Of a stretch of DNA of 64,000 nucleotides, positions 1 to 14,061 are shown piece after piece. The notes under the pieces were generated by a model. The model had not been told where the DNA came from. It made no database searches and was given only the letters and a program-made list of their open reading frames with translations. Within the stretch, counting starts at the first letter, position 1. Every line of letters begins with the position of its first letter. Origin of the DNA: Harriotta raleighana (taxonomy: Eukaryota); the NCBI GenBank assembly GCA_050575255.1, contig JBNZDD010013709.1, forward strand, positions 864,603-928,602, given 5' to 3'. The position numbers were made by a program, and so were the translations under genes.

Positions 1-205
1 AATAATTTGTTCAAAAAAACCCCACAATAATAAAAATTGGTCATTTCAATCCACGACTGTTTATGGGACACTGCTGTGCACAATTATCTGCCCATTTCAC
101 CCACAAATATACAGTCAATTCACTTTATAGTATATTCTGTGAAGCACTTTGAGACGTCGATAAGATGTGAAAAGCGTTATATCAAATGCAAGGATTATTA
201 TTTAT
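1..205 (+). mobile_element. tRNA-Deu-L2 SINE, 3' half
   Basis: Family core GTGGGACACTGCTGTGCGCAATTGGC...TGTGAAGCGCTTTGAGACGTC...GCTATATCAAATGCAAGGATTATTATT, repeated >25 times in the window. Confidence 0.85.
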
Positions 206-229
206 ATTATCACTAATAAGAATGATTAA

Positions 230-582
230 TATGATACCTATAACATCAAAAGCTGTTCACATAGTTTTATGTAAAATGTAGTGACTGTGTATTTGTAGTC
301 AATCAACAGCTCGCAAGGTGCCATGAAAGTGAATGTCCTATTTTATGTGAAGGACACCAATTTTTCAAATAATGTTGTGAGGTCTTTAACATCCAGCTAA
401 ACAGACAAGCAGGTCCTTGAATTAATATCTCATTTAAAGGAAGGTATCTCCAACAATGCAGCACTTTCTTCAGCACTGCATTGCAGTGTTAACCTAGACT
501 ATGAGTTCAACGTCTCAACACGGCCTTGAATCCACCACCTCCTGGTTTAGAGGCAAGAGGACTATCAATTGAGCCAGGCCAA
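230..582 (-). mobile_element. Older SacSINE1-like DeuSINE (other degenerate copies at ~3600-3810, 11060-11330, 15330-15680, 16960-17330, 22130-22580, 25860-26300, 28760-29050, 40610-40890, 58030-58170, 58850-59100)
   Basis: Reverse complement reads GGCTCAATTGATAGTCCCTCTTGCCTCT...AGGTGGTGGATTCAAG...CACTGCAATGCAGTGCTGAAGAAAGTGCTGCATTGTTGGAGATACC, like the shark SacSINE1 head and Deu domain. Confidence 0.65.
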
Positions 583-1729
583 CAACTTATATTGCCTCAC
601 AATAGTCAGGTGGCATCCGAGAAGCCACCTAAAATAAATGGAGAGACCTATTAGCAACATGGTCTCAGGCAATCTCAATTTAAAAAAAGATCAACCATTT
701 CTTAAAATAAGTATAATACATCAGCTATTTCACTCATTAGGGGAAGATTCTAAGTATGAATCTATCTTACGATAGATTCATACTTAGACAAAAATAATGT
801 GGCATGTACGAGGAAGCATCAAATAAGGTATTAATTCTACTTCCAGTTTCACTAGCACACTATTAAGTGTCCTAATCTTGCTTATTAAAATAGTCCTTTA
901 AATTACTGCTAATTGAAATTTTAATCAACATGACTCAATCGTATTGTTATGAATGGAGACAATAAGAATACTATATCAGTAACTTAATTACTGCCAAAGA
1001 TAACAAAGATCAATTGGAAGCAAATGTGCAATAGCATAATTGTAACCGTAACATGTTAGCAGAGCTGTCACCAAAAATAAGTTCCATAAATTGTTCCTAT
1101 TGTATATAATGTCATTTCTATTCCAGTCTTTCATAAACTACAAGGTTAATGGAATACTTTCTGTGAAAAACAAGACCATGATCTAATTCATTGGTTTAGT
1201 CAGAGCCAGGAGATCAAAACTCCTGTTCCAGGTTTAATCATGTGAGACCTGACATTAAATTAGTTGGTGTGTTAAATTTACTGAGAAGCAACTGATAGAT
1301 TTATAAGATACACATAAAATTGTTGATGTAGTTTATTATTTTGAATGAAAATATGTTGAAGAGCAGCAAAAACTTTCTTTAAATTTATAGTTTTCCTTTA
1401 TTAATGCACACAACCACTTGTATTTATATAGCGCCCCTCATGCAAGATAGCATCCCAGAACTCTTTACAGTGGCAGAGCACGACACTGAAGTGGAGGTAT
1501 CTATAGGCACACAACTTATGTCTTGAAAAAGGCAAAGGTACTTAAAGAATTTGAGCTTTTGAGAATTATTATTTTGCACTTCAAATTCAGAAACATTCAT
1601 TGTCAAATCCATATTCTGATGCACTTCTGTTCATCTTTATAAAGATGACAAATTGGGATTCTGGCAAGGATGTCATTATATTCCATTAAGGTCAGTCTCA
1701 TCTTGGATCACAACAATGCATGTTGGTTC

Positions 1730-1945
1730 AACAAAAAACAACCAACTTACATTTGCATAGCACCTTTCACGTTGGGAGGACATCCCAAGGCACTTGATAG
1801 CCAGTGTTTCGGACCCGAACTGGGGTCGGGAGTGGGGAGAGTGGAGGAAAGGGGCAATGCAAGGTCGAAGACAAGGATCTTGAGGCAGGACTTAAAGAAG
1901 GCTAGGGAGGGAGTGAGTCAGAGGGAATATGGGATGCTTCAGAGT
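1730..1945 (-). mobile_element. L2 3' end fragment
   Basis: Reverse complement of the tail GCCTTGGGATGTCCTCCCAACGTGAAAGGTGCTATGCAAATGTAAG. Confidence 0.7.
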
Positions 1946-2054
1946 CTGGTAAGTACAGAAACTTTTTTGTGCTTTAGAGTCTTCTGAGAATTCATAGAAA
2001 CATAGATTCCATTTTCCATGGCTAAGGTGCACAATCTCTTCCTGGAGAAGTGCA

Positions 2055-2295
2055 ATACAACAACAACTTGCATTTCTATAGTGCCCTTCACAAGGGGTAG
2101 TGTCGCGGAGTGCTTGACAGTGGCAGTGCCTGACCCCGAGCCATGGGGAGAAGGAAGGGGTTGTTGCCCATAAACTCAATTATAAAGGAAGGTCTTTAAA
2201 CTGGATTTGAAAGTGGGAAGCAGCTGCAAGTGGATGGATTGTGGGAGAGAGTTCCAGAATTTCGGGGAGTAGTGGCTGAAAGCAAGGCCACCAAT
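2055..2295 (-). mobile_element. L2 3' end fragment (second subfamily)
   Basis: AFSHYSPKFWNSLPQSI...TFKSSLKTFL and (GTT)n tail. Confidence 0.7.
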
Positions 2296-3221
2296 ATACA
2301 TACATAAACAGTACCAATATATAAGCAACCAGTGCATATTAACCAGATGATTCACATACAGCAAAAGCCATTCTGCATAAAGAGTTAATGTGATGTTATC
2401 CAATGCAACTCCAAGAATTAATGAGACATTTATTTTACCTGCAGTTCATCCTTACATGCAAAGTTAAGAAGACATTCATTCTAAGTGATAAGTACTAAAA
2501 AGATGCAAGTCACAGTTGTTGCTTACAAGGAGTCAAGAAACCTTCAAAATGTAACCCTTTTCCTAACAGAATGGCTGACAGTAGCTGAACTAAAATATAA
2601 CAACATACCATTTGTGTAACATCAGCAACAGATAATCCATGTATCCAGAGCTCACTTAGTTTAACAAAATGTTCTGAATTTTTTTTGTATAAATGCTGAT
2701 CCATGGCCTAAAGTTTCTAAACATAAAATTAAACCTAGAAAATCCCAGGAAAGCTACATGAAACTAAATGGAAAGCAAATTTTTTTTGAAACATCCACTG
2801 CTATTTTCCGTAAGTAGGATTTGGCCGGATTGCCTGGTGTACATAATGAAATGTCAGGAAGTTTAGTGCACCATGCTTTGTAGCTACCAGAATCAGGAGG
2901 AAAACATGAATTGTGATTTAGAAAGAGACAGTCAGCATTTTGGACTCAGTTAATGTTGAGTAGTTGTTTGATTGTTCAATGGGGCTTTACTTGGCTTCAA
3001 TGACAATGACTATTATTGCCCAAATACACAAAGTGTTATGTAAGCAGGTGTACACAAAGCATGTGCGCTTAGTGCATTCCATAAGTGAGACGACTTCAAG
3101 CCAAGGGATGAGATGTCACAGTCCTGTTGTGGTTATAATATTAAAATACACAATGTGGCAAACAAGCAGTTTTTCTCCATTACAATATAATGGAGTGTAC
3201 CAAGGTGGTGATGTCATTTAT

Positions 3222-3595
3222 TAATAATAATACTTGCATTTGATACTGCACTTTATCATGTCTTCTAGATGTCTCAAAGTCCTTCACAGAATATACTGCC
3301 AAGTGAATTGAGTGTATATTTTGTGGACAAAATGCAACAGCCAATTGCGCAAGGCAGTGTCCGCAAACAGTCGTGGATTGAGTGACTAAATTATTACAGT
3401 ATTATTATTTTGATGGAATTATTATCCCCAGAAAAGCGATCAACCAATTGACTAAATACCGGATTCCTACTTACTGCTTGGTATACAGAGGCACATAGAA
3501 TAAGGAAATTTGCCCAATGTTTTGCCCTGGCCAGAATCAAACCCAGGTCCTCTTCTTTCCAAGGTGAGTGCTCTAAACACTGAGCTACAGGACTC
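3222..3595 (-). mobile_element. tRNA-Deu-L2 SINE, full length
   Basis: Head GAGTCCTGTAGCTCAGTGTTTAGAGC (A box)...GGGTTTGATTC (B box), core, (ATT)n tail. Confidence 0.85.
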
Positions 3596-4500
3596 ATTTC
3601 ATGACAGATAGGCTGACATTTCAATGCAGTGCTGGAGGTGTGGGGGTGAAACAGAATTCCTCCTGTCTACCGGAGCAGTTCAATGGAAAAGATCATATGA
3701 CAATGATTTGAAAAGTGAGAGGAGTTCCTCCCAGTGTCACTTCACTTTACAATAAACCCGTGAAGTGCTTTCAGACATTCTCTTAAAGAAAGGCATAAAA
3801 TCAAATGCGCAGTTTATTATTATTACTTATTCATCCTTGGTGTAACAGAGGCAACTTCTGTGCAGCGGAAATATTTGGTGAAAACAACATAAAATTAAAC
3901 ATCCATATGGTTCCTACCAGAGATTTCTTATGCTTAGCAAAAGAGATATTTCAAACCGAAATGCATCCACTCTTTCCTTCCTGCCAATCTTATTGTGTTA
4001 CATTAATGCTAATTTTCTATTATAGAAAATATATTATATATTATATTAGTATTATTATTAAGGATTATTATTATATGTAGTTCAGGAATACAATGCACAT
4101 TTTACTAAGTGAACTAATTGTCCTCATTCTTTGTCCATTTAAAGCTACATGGTAAATTCTCTGTTCTTCATGGTAAAATCGTGACATTGCCAGGATTGCT
4201 TTATGAGCTGTAGGCTCAACATCTCTCTCCTAATCTGTTCCATATCTGGACACCATGCAAATCTCTCAGTCAGACATTCACTACCAGTCTCAGTATTACT
4301 GCTATCTGTTTGTCTTGCTTTAAAATTAATTCCACTTTCCACATATCTCTTAATGTTTTAACCCCTCAGATGCTTATCCAGTTCTTCTGAAGCACTCCAT
4401 ACATTCAGCATCAACAGCTGCCAGTCTTAATGAATTCCAAACCCCAACAACCCTCTGAGTAAAGAAATTCCTGCTATCTCTTTCCTAATGTTTCTGTTTA

Positions 4501-4782
4501 AAGCACTCCGAGATATGTGTTCGAATCCAGGCAGGTCAGGGCGAAACCTTGGGCAAGTTTCCTTATACCACATGCCTAATAATAATCCCTAAAAAAAAAC
4601 CACAATAATAAAATTGGTCATTTCAATTCACAACTGTTTGTGGGACGCTGCTGTGTGCAATTGGCTGCTGCGTTTTGCCCACAAATATACAGTCAATTCA
4701 CTTTAAGTATATTCTGTGAAGCGCTTTGAGATGTCTAGGAGAAGTGAAAAGCGCTATATCAAATGCAAGGATTATTATTATT
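4501..4782 (+). mobile_element. tRNA-Deu-L2 SINE (short subfamily)
   Basis: B box GTTCGAATCC, core and tail. Confidence 0.85.
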
Positions 4783-6949
4783 CTATGTGAAATAGAATAA
4801 CTTGTAAATACAAGTTGTTAAAATCCGTGTCACCAATTCCCCAACTAATGGTAGTGTGGGGGGAAACCTCAATCGGGTCTAGGTTTACACTATTTAAACA
4901 GTATCCAGAATTTGGGAATCTGTTGAATTCGGTCTTACCTTTGAGGGTACTTTTTTCTGCTGTTCTTTAAAGAAGCTGGTTTCAGAATTAAGGCTGCATT
5001 TAAGAATTTGCCAAACTCTGGATGCTCTGAAATGCTAACTAAATAGAGTAAATCTAAATTCAGGTGGAATGTCTCCGATATCTTCTTTCTCATATCCCTT
5101 AAGCATCTTAAACCCCTCCAGCATATCTCCTTGCAAACTCCCAGTTTAGTTTCTCTATCTTCATTTCTAAATTGTTTCAAAGTCATTAGCATCCCAGTGA
5201 ATCTGGATCCAATTCTAGGTCATCCTTCCTGTATTTGTGGCTAGAATGATCTAATAACTATCGTACAATTGTATTCACCCACAGGTACATTGTAACTCCA
5301 CAGTAAAGCACTTTGGGATGTCTTCCTGGTGTGAAAGACACCATACCAAACTACTATTATAGTTTGTGATGTAACTCTCTACAGTTCATTGCACTGTTTT
5401 GACATAGCGCCTTACTACATCTTTGAAATGTCGCAAAGCACAAGTGAATTGACGTATTCTTGAGTGTAAATGAGATGATGGAAGTGTGTGTGTGGAGAAA
5501 ATAGAGGCAAAGGTGTACAAGCTGGATAAATTAGCCACCAATGATTTTCTTGTTATCTGTCATATAGTTTACATTCAACCCTTTGTTGAAGCCATTAACT
5601 TAATGCAAGAGATCTATTTGGGCAAAAAGAACACTAGAGGGCAATAGCCTACAGTTGCTATCCCTTCGAGCTTTGTTTATAACAAGTCAAGAGTTATGGT
5701 CATATATTGTACATAATCATTTACTTGTATAATTCTGTGCAAATGTTTGTGCAGGTTTAGCATGTTCAAAATCGGTTCACTAGACATACCTGCAATTGGA
5801 TGTTTTCACACAGATACTTTTCTGGCCTGACCTTTTTTCGAACATTTTGGATTATATTCATCAGAGACCTGGTATTATTTCTAGCATTGCCAAAAGAAAA
5901 GCAAGCCTATGGCATTTATTTATCTCAGTCAGTTTCCCATCTTACAAGATCCAGGATTGCGTGATTGATAAGAGACACAATCTCATAATTGTACTCTGAT
6001 ATTTGATCCGAGTAATGTATACACTGTTGCACATTAGGCATGTGTCAGCTATACGTGATGCATGTGTTATTTTTAACCAGGGTTCCTGAATGATAGATAA
6101 AATGACAAAGAAGGAAGCAATTGCACAGGATCACTTACTCCATGACATCAATGGTCAAGTTACAATCTTCTCAAGAAGTGTCTTTTATCCAGACTGTTCT
6201 GACTTTCGGCTCATTAAAGAATATGTGGTGTTTGTAACTCTCTGACGTGAAACTGAAACTCACAGAGAAGGGAGTCGATTATTTTAACTGATGCTAAATC
6301 TGCTTCAATGCAATTGCAATGCAGTGATCCTGCAGGCGGTGTAGTTTAGGAGTAGAGATGGATTAGATCAAGGTTCACATATTAGAAGCAGGCCAAAGTA
6401 CATGCCTAATCATGGACAATCGATTTATCAACTCCCTGTGGTATTCTGGCTATACACAACAGCACTGTGGTTACAAAGCTCACCAACGTTACAAAGGTCC
6501 ACTTACGTCAGATAGTAACCAGGTGATTCACACTACAAGTGGTAGCTGCAGCATAGAGCAAACAGTAAATCATGCCTTTTCCACTAACCCAAACTTCTCT
6601 TTCTCCCTCCCACAAGTTTACCTTACTTATGCTCAGCCTAATACAAGGGCCAACATGCCCCATCCTTGTCGTACCAAGTAGAGTGAATGTGGAGTGAGAG
6701 TTTGAAGTAGATGGAATGTGGTTCAAAAGTAACTTCAAACTTCAAGCCAAATTTCTTCCTCTGGTCTACAGTTCAACATATCTCCCCAGTAACTTCAGCA
6801 CGTGTCCATTCTTTAAGTTTGACCTTAGACATTGAGTGGCTACTAGATGATAGTGGACATCACACCTGAGCCTGATCATGTCCCCACCAGCAGTCAAAGA
6901 TATCCATCACGTCTTAGCCGATTAAAACAATTTGATTTTAAAAATTAAT

Positions 6950-9900
6950 ATCACACATTACATTTGTATGGCACTTTTCAAGTTGGGAGGACATTCCAAG
7001 AAGCTAAACATTCAGGACTTTGGGCCCAAGCTGGGGGTTGGGATCAGAGAAGGTAGAGGACAGGAAAGATAGGAGGGTCGAAAGGAGGGACTTAATAATA
7101 ATCCTTGCATTGATATAGCGCATTTCATGTCTTCTAGAAGTCTCAAAGTGCTTCACAGAATATACTGTAAAATGAATTGATTTTTGTGGGCGAAACACAG
7201 CAGACAATTCAGGCACAGCAAGGTCCCACAAACAATTATGGATTGAGTGACCCAATTTTTTTTTTTTAGGGATTCGGGGTACAAAGAGGAGACCAGAACT
7301 GGAGGAGCGAAGACAACGGGTGCTGTGTTGGGTAGAGAAGAGATCAGAGAGGTAGGGGTTGCAGAGAAGTGGAGAAACTTGAAAACAAGAGTGAGGATCT
7401 TAAAATCAATCCTCTCCGGGATAGGGAACCAGTGAAGTCTGGCAAGGACTGGGGTAATCAGGGAGTGAAGTTTGGTGCAGGTGAGAACTCAGGCTGCAGA
7501 GTTCTGAATGAGCTGAATTTTATGGATTATGGTGGAGGGGAGACCAGCAAGGAGTGCTTTTGCATAGTCCAGCCAAGAGGTGATGAAGGCATGGACCAGA
7601 GTTTCAGCGGCTTTTGGTGCAATACGGATACACCAATACGTTGCAGGTGGAAAACAGGTGGAAAACTGCGGTGCTGGTGTGGGACCGAATGTGGGAGAGG
7701 CAGGACCAGTTGGGGGCTGAACCTGATGCCAAGATTGCATACTGGTTCGGAGAGTGTTAGGGGCAGGTCGGGTAGTGGAGTAGATGAGAGCCTTGTGACT
7801 GAAGACAATGACAGCCAAAGAGTATGGCTTCCATCTTGTCAACATTCAGCTGCAGAAAATTCACACTCATCCAGCTCCTGATGTCTGACAGGTAGGCTGA
7901 CAGAACATCAGCGAACTAGGGGTCACAAAGTGAGGTGGAAAAATAGAGTTGGGTGTCATCCGCATACATGTGGAAATGTACCCCATGTCTACGGATGACA
8001 TCATCAAGAGGGAACACATAGATTAGGAAGAGGAAGGGGGCCAAGGATGGATCCTTGGGGTACCCTGCAGGTAACTGGGTGAGAGCGGGAGGAATAGCCA
8101 TTTGTACTGATGTACTGCTAGCGGTTTGTGAGGTAGGATTTGAACCAAGCAAGTGCAGTCCCACTGAAGTGAATGACAGAGGATAAGCAGTGGAGGAGGA
8201 TGGCGTGGTCGACTGTCAAATGTGTCGAGAGTTCCAGGAGGACAAGAGGCAGAGGGAGCCCTGGTCACAGATAGAGAGGACTTTCACAAGTGCAGTCTCT
8301 GTACTGTGGGCAGGGTGGAAACCGGATTGGAGGGGTTCAAAAAGAGAGTGGAAGGAGAGATGGGCACTGATTGCTTGGCAACAATGTGTTCAAGTACTTT
8401 GGAAAGGAAGAGCAGGTTAGAAATGAGGCAGTAGTGGCTAGGGTTAGAAGGATCTAGGTTAGGTTTTTTGAAGAAGGCAGTGATGATGATAGTTTTGAGG
8501 GGTGCAGGGACTGATCCTGTGGAGAGGGGGGGGAGCAGTGGGCAGAAGAATGGGAGCTGGGTGACCAATAAATTGGTGGGAAGGGAGTCGAAGCAGCAGG
8601 TGGTGGACTTCATTGCAGTGATGATGGATGAGAGGGAGGAAGGAGAGCCGGGGAAGAAGGATTTTAGGAATGGGGTCGTGGTAGAAGCTGATGATGGGGA
8701 GGGTGAGGGGGACAGAATGGAGGTGGTAGTGGGAGGCAGGATGATGAGGCTGCCTGGCGGATGTTGTGGATTTTGGAGGAGAAAAAGTCCATGACCTCTT
8801 CGTTCTTCGCATTTGAAGTGAAGATTGAGGATGCTTAAGCGGGCACACGGAGGAGTTGGTGGGTGGTGGAAAAGAAGACTTTGAGCAGTTTTTAGACTCC
8901 GGGATGATGTTTGAGTAAAAAGCCATTTTTGCAAATGATAGTGAACAGTGGTAACTGTGGAGATGCTCGAGCCACTGTTGGCGTTGAACCATCAGGGTGG
9001 TTTTCTGCCACTCACACTTGAGCAGTTGAGACTGTTTTTTGTGAGGGCTGTTGTACAAGGGTGATCGGGTGGGTTTGGAGATGGTTTTGGACTTCAGGAG
9101 GATGAGAGAGTTGAAAATGGAGGAGAGGCAATCGTGGAGCAGCTAGACGGCTGCTTCAGGATCTCTGCGGAAGGAAGGCTAGAGGGATAGGATGTCAGAA
9201 GATGTGAGGGTCTCAGGGGGAAGACTTTTCCATGGGCAGAAGAGAACAGTTGAGGGCTTGGTGGAGGAGAGAGGGATGTGAGAGGAGAAAGAGATGAGGA
9301 AGTGGTCCGAGGTGGCCTTATCCATGATGTGAAGTTGGAGATGTCAAGGCCATGGGTGAAGATAAGGTTGAGTGCATGGCACAGTTGTGGGTTGGAGAAT
9401 TGATATGGAAGGTGAGGTTTAGGGAGGAGAGGAGGACAATGAAAACTGAGGATGTGGGGCAGTGGGAGTTTAGGTGAAGGTTGAAGTCACCCATGCTGCG
9501 CAGGCGTTCAAAGCTGAGGAACAGGGAGGAAAGGAGAGTGGAGATATCAGAGAAGAATGAGCCAAGGGGTTTAGGAGGGCGGTAGATCAGAATAATTTTT
9601 AGAGAAAGAGCAGAATGGTAGAGGGTGAGATGCTCGAAAGTGGGGAAACAGCCAGAGGAATAGAGAGAAAGACCAAGAGAAGTTTTGGAGATGATAGCCA
9701 CCTCGCCGCCACATTGGTTAGGGCAGACGGTGTGATGGAAGGTGTAGCCTGGAGGGGAGGCTTCGATTAGAGGGCCTGGGTCATTGGGGGAGAGCCAGGT
9801 TTCCATAAGCCCAAGAATATCAATGGTGAGAGCTTTGTTGGAGAGGGAACGGATGTGTTAAAGGGAGATGTGGATGGGTTTGCTGGTAGAAGGAGAGGGA
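6950..9900 (-). mobile_element. L2-clade LINE with near-complete but decayed ORF2 (APE endonuclease + RT) and 3' tail
   Basis: Frameshifted pieces HIRSLSNKA, METWL...GYTFHH...IYRPPK...GDFNLH (endonuclease), KKPNLDPSNPSHYCLISNLLFLSKVLE, FHMYADDTQLYFS (RT), AETLVHAFITSWLDY; 3' tail near 6955-7000. Confidence 0.9.
7094..7268 (-). mobile_element. SINE 3' fragment nested in L2 3' end
   Basis: Family tail and core interrupt the L2 sequence. Confidence 0.8.
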
Positions 9901-10684
9901 GGAAAGAGTGGTACGGAACAGATTTGAGGGTGTCTAGAAGCGATGGATGTGGAGTGTGAGGAGGGTGGGAAAGTGGGGAGGGTACGTATGAGAGAGGGGA
10001 AAGTAGTGTTTACCTTGAAACATGCTTTGAAGGAGACCAGGGAGGGAATGAGGTGAAGGGAATGTGGGATGGAGTTCCAATTTATAGAAAAGTCTTACAT
10101 TTTAGAACAAAATGGTATATTGCAGGCAGACAGGTGGAATTTCGGGGATCAAATGTTCACAAGTGTATATTCCAGCAGGTCGCCTTTGGATACCAATCAG
10201 AAGCCAGGAACCCTGGCTGTTTATCTCCGCTCTGTCCCAGGGCACTGAGCTGGAGATCAAACATTAAATTAGTCAGATATTTGTGGCTCAGTTTCACCTT
10301 ATTAACTGAGCCTTTGAATTAGTTTCCTCNCAATTGTAGAAGGAGATCAAACATTAAATTAGTCAGATATTTGTGGCTCAGTTTCACCTTATTAACTGAG
10401 CCTTTGAATTAGTTTCCTCAATTTCTTGGAGCTTGAGTGATCCTGAAACGAAAGAATGCTACACACTGTAATGGTTCTTTCACTCAGTATGCTCCGCAGG
10501 CTACCTGCTGTGACAACCTGCTCATCCAATTGTTAATCACTACAGGTATTTTTCAGGGGCCAAATATTTTCTCTGATTTCTTTTTAAATAATTAGATATA
10601 ATAAATGGCTATATAGGGCTTTGAATTCAATACTTATTAAGGTTTAGGAAGTTGGTAGCACTGTTGCTTATAGGGTTAATAATC

Positions 10685-11042
10685 ATAATAATAATCCTTC
10701 CATTCGACAGAATGCCTTATCGTGTCTTTGAGACATCTCAAATCGCTTCACAGAATGTACTGTGAAGTGAATTGACTGTGCACCTTGTGTGCAAAACACG
10801 GTAGCCAAATGTGAAGAGCAGTGTCCCACCAACAGTCGTAGATTGAATGACAATAATTTTTAATTTTTTTGTGAAGGGATTATTAACCCTGGAAAACAAT
10901 CTGCCAATCGACTAACAACTGGGTTCCTACATACCACCTGGTAAACATAAGTGTGCAGTAAGGAAACTTGCCCCACCCAGGAATTAAAAAAATGCTCTCG
11001 TTTTAAAAGCAAGCACGCTAAACACTAAATTACAGGACTCCA
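10685..11042 (-). mobile_element. tRNA-Deu-L2 SINE, full length
   Basis: Head-core-tail similarity to other copies. Confidence 0.82.
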
Positions 11043-11624
11043 CTACAGGACACTTTCCGTGAAAGGTTGTTGATTCAAATTCCACAGAATGGAGCTGAGG
11101 TCCGACCCCAGGCTGATACTCTGTTGCAGGACTAAGGAGGAAGGTGATGTCTTTGAGATATTAAACCCAACTGTTGGGTTCTGGTGGTGGAGGTAGAAGT
11201 TAATAGTCCCATTGTTTTATTCAGAAGAAGCATGTCCCATTGTCCAGAACGATTTCCCTGTATCACCCAAATTTACCAATGAATTAATCATTCATGCCAT
11301 TGTCTGCCAAACAGTGTTGGTAAAGAATAAAGAATGCTTGTTCCATTCAACAAACAGCTACATTTCCATGCATACACGGAATCCATATGGAATCCATAGC
11401 ATGCAAAAGGAATTCCAAATCTGTCAGAAACAAGGCTAACCAAAAAGACACTATCCTTCCCAAAAGAGCAAGCTTTTTAATATTAGTTTTGCCTTCAGGG
11501 TAAAGTAGTTACATGGATGGGAGGGAGCAAAATGGCCAAGTTAACTCTTTTAACCCACTTCAACTCCACAAATATGCACCATCTCTCCTGGCACTTAGTA
11601 TTAATTTTACCTTTAGAGTAAAGT

Positions 11625-11800
11625 AATAATAATAATAATCCTTCCATTTGATATATCGCCTTATCACATCTTCTAAATGTCTTAAAGCCCTTCACAGAAT
11701 GTACTTCAAGGTGAATTGACTGTATATTTGTGGGCAAAATGCGGCAGCCAATCACAAACAGTCGTGTATTGAAGTGACCAATTTATTATTGTTTGATAGG
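11625..11800 (-). mobile_element. SINE 3' fragment
   Basis: Core and tail match. Confidence 0.78.
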
Positions 11801-11889
11801 ATTAATGTAAACTAAAGTAGATGGGATGGATTCGAGAGAGCACTCTGGAATGCTAGTGAGGGGCACTATGCCAATACAAGTTGTTGTCT

Positions 11890-12525
11890 TCGCAATATCG
11901 CCCATCTCCTTCACTGCCTCACCCCTGAGGTTGCTGAAACATGCGTTTGTCACCTCTAGGCTCGACTACATCAACTCCCTCCTTGTTGGCATCCCCAACT
12001 CTTCCCTCCACAAGCTGCAGATAATCCAAAACTCTGCAGCTCATGTCCTTTCCTGCACTAGGCTCCACGACCCCATCAATCCCATCACTCGCCAAGCTCT
12101 ACTGGCTCCCCATTCCTCAGAGGATCTAATTCAAGATCCTTGTCCTAATTTTCAAGACCCTCCATGACGTTGCCCTCTCCAAACTCTCTGACCTGCTGAC
12201 TCCCTATCAACCTGTCCACTCCCTCCATTCAGCAGGCTCCTGCCTTCTCCATGTCTCCTGCTCGACCCGCCCTACCATAGGCAGCCGGACCTTCAGCGCT
12301 TTGACCCTACACTTTGGAACTCCGTCCCACAATCCCTTTGCCTTGATCCCTCCCTTGCCTCCTTCAAAACCGGTCTCAAGGCACTTCTCTTCAACCATCA
12401 GTCACCCTCGTACCTCTGCCCTCTGTCATCCCAACCCTGCGCACCCACCACAATACTTACTCAGGACCCAACCCCTGGCCTTTCAGTGCCTTGGGACATC
12501 CTCCCAACATGAAAGGCAACAACAG
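11890..12525 (+). mobile_element. L2 LINE 3' fragment
   Basis: HAFVTSRLDYINSLL...[15 protein letters not shown]; tail GCCTTGGGACATCCTCCCAACATGAAAGG. Confidence 0.85.
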
Positions 12526-13310
12526 ACACAAAAAAAATTCATTTGTATAGCGACTTTCACATCAGGAGGATGTTCCCCAGGAGCTGGACAGTCATTGTTT
12601 CAGACCAGAGCTGAGATCAGGGACTGGGAAGTTGGAGGGAAAGGGGGGATTTTGAGGTGACTGATGGGACCATTGAAGAGGAGGGTCTTGAGGTGAGACA
12701 TGAAGGAGGCTAGGGAGGGGGTGAAGTGGAGGGACTGTGGAATGGAGTTCCAGAGGTTGGGGGCAGAGTGGCTGAAGGCTCGCCTGCCAATGGTGAGGTG
12801 GATGAGTTGGAAGACATGAAGCATGCTGGAGCCTGCTGAGCGGAGGGGGCAGGCATGTTTGTAGGGGGTTAGGAAGTCNGTCCCAAGGCGCTGGGACGTC
12901 CCAAGACATGAAGGAGGCTAGGGAGGGGGTGAAGTGGAGGGACTGTGGAATGGAGTTCCAGAGGTTGGGGGCAGAGTGGCTGAAGGCTCGCCTGCCAATG
13001 GTGAGGTGGATGAGTTGGAAGACATGAAGCATGCTGGAGCCTGCTGAGCGGAGGGGGCAGGCATGTTTGTAGGGGGTTAGGAAGTCACAGAGATAANGGT
13101 GGATGAGTCGGAAGACATGAAGCATGCTGGAGCCTGCTGAGCGGAGGGGGCAGGCATGTTTGTAGGGGGTTAGGAAGTCACAGAGATAAGGTGAGGCCGG
13201 GAGAGCTTTGAATGTGAGGACCAGGATCTTGAATTGAATTCTCTGGGTGATGGGGAGCAAAAGGAGTCGGGGGAGGATGAGAAAGATAGGGTCACAAAGC
13301 TTGGAGCACT
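12520..13310 (-). mobile_element. L2 LINE 3' fragment, tail-to-tail with the previous one; contains two N-junction duplications
   Basis: LPITQRIQFKILVLTFKAL...GRRAFSHSAPNLWNSIP...FMSHLKTLLF. Confidence 0.85.
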
Positions 13311-13537
13311 GGAGGCACTCTAAAAATGTAATTTGGTTGTTGTTATTTTTAGTTGGTACTGGTTACTTAGTCATCTCATAGACGAGGCCAAGAAAATAAA
13401 AATAACTCCATGGCCAATCTGTGCAATAAAGGATTTCCCTAAAAAATGTTTTGTCGGCAACAGGTGTCATCACATGATAGATTATTCCTGACCGTGGTTG
13501 CTTATTTTATCTTCCTTAAGAAATCTGGCTAGATTTA

Positions 13538-14061
13538 CAGTAAAAGTCCATTTATCCGTGACTCGATAAACCAGAACTTCCGTTTAACCGGCATGTCAAA
13601 AATAAGTCCCCATCCGATAAACTGGAAGTTATCCAGCAGAATAGCGGTGGCACATTTAATGAATCGATTGTCTCACTAGAGTATTGTACAGGTATTTCGG
13701 CTTGCCGGTAGTCGAGCATTAAAGTCGTGCTGCCGTTTTGTTTCCTCGCATGTCGACTGCCATTGCAGAAGTTAAGTATAAATAATAAAGTACTAATACA
13801 ATATTCTGTTATTACAGTATCTGTTATGAATGTATTTAGTCTATTATTTAAATGGTACAGTGTACAACATTTACAATAAAGTATCCATATAATATTCCGT
13901 TACTATCTGTTATTATTCAATCTATTATTAATATGGTATGTGTTAAAATAAGTAACTTTTTTTGTGTTGGGTTTTCAGCATCGGATCCGATGTTTAACCG
14001 GCAAGCCATTTAACCGTTATTGGCCAGGTCTCGCGGGTACCAGATAAACAGGCTTTTAATG
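13538..14061. mobile_element. Tigger/pogo-like non-autonomous DNA transposon (MITE), 524 bp
   Basis: TA|CAGTAAAAGTCCATTTATCCG ... CAGATAAACAGGCTTTTAATG|TA: imperfect 21-bp TIRs (16/21 match), TA on both sides, subterminal TTTAACCGGCA repeats. Confidence 0.8.

Noticed and set aside
4935-5192. 85-aa minus-strand ORF ending at a GTAAG donor
   Set aside because: Another frame reads LQGDMLEGFKMLKGYEKED, a CR1 ORF2 C-terminal remnant. The exon-like 5026-4939 segment resembles no protein I recognise.
7369-9806. Long ORFs that could suggest an active LINE or host gene
   Set aside because: L2 ORF2 is broken by multiple frameshifts, stops and deletions; the plus-strand ORFs are antisense shadows.
12592-13260. 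222-aa ORF with internal repeats
   Set aside because: L2 3' end read through two N-junction assembly duplications.
11890-13310. Large inverted repeat suggesting a DNA transposon or hairpin gene
   Set aside because: It is two independent, diverged L2 3' fragments inserted tail-to-tail.
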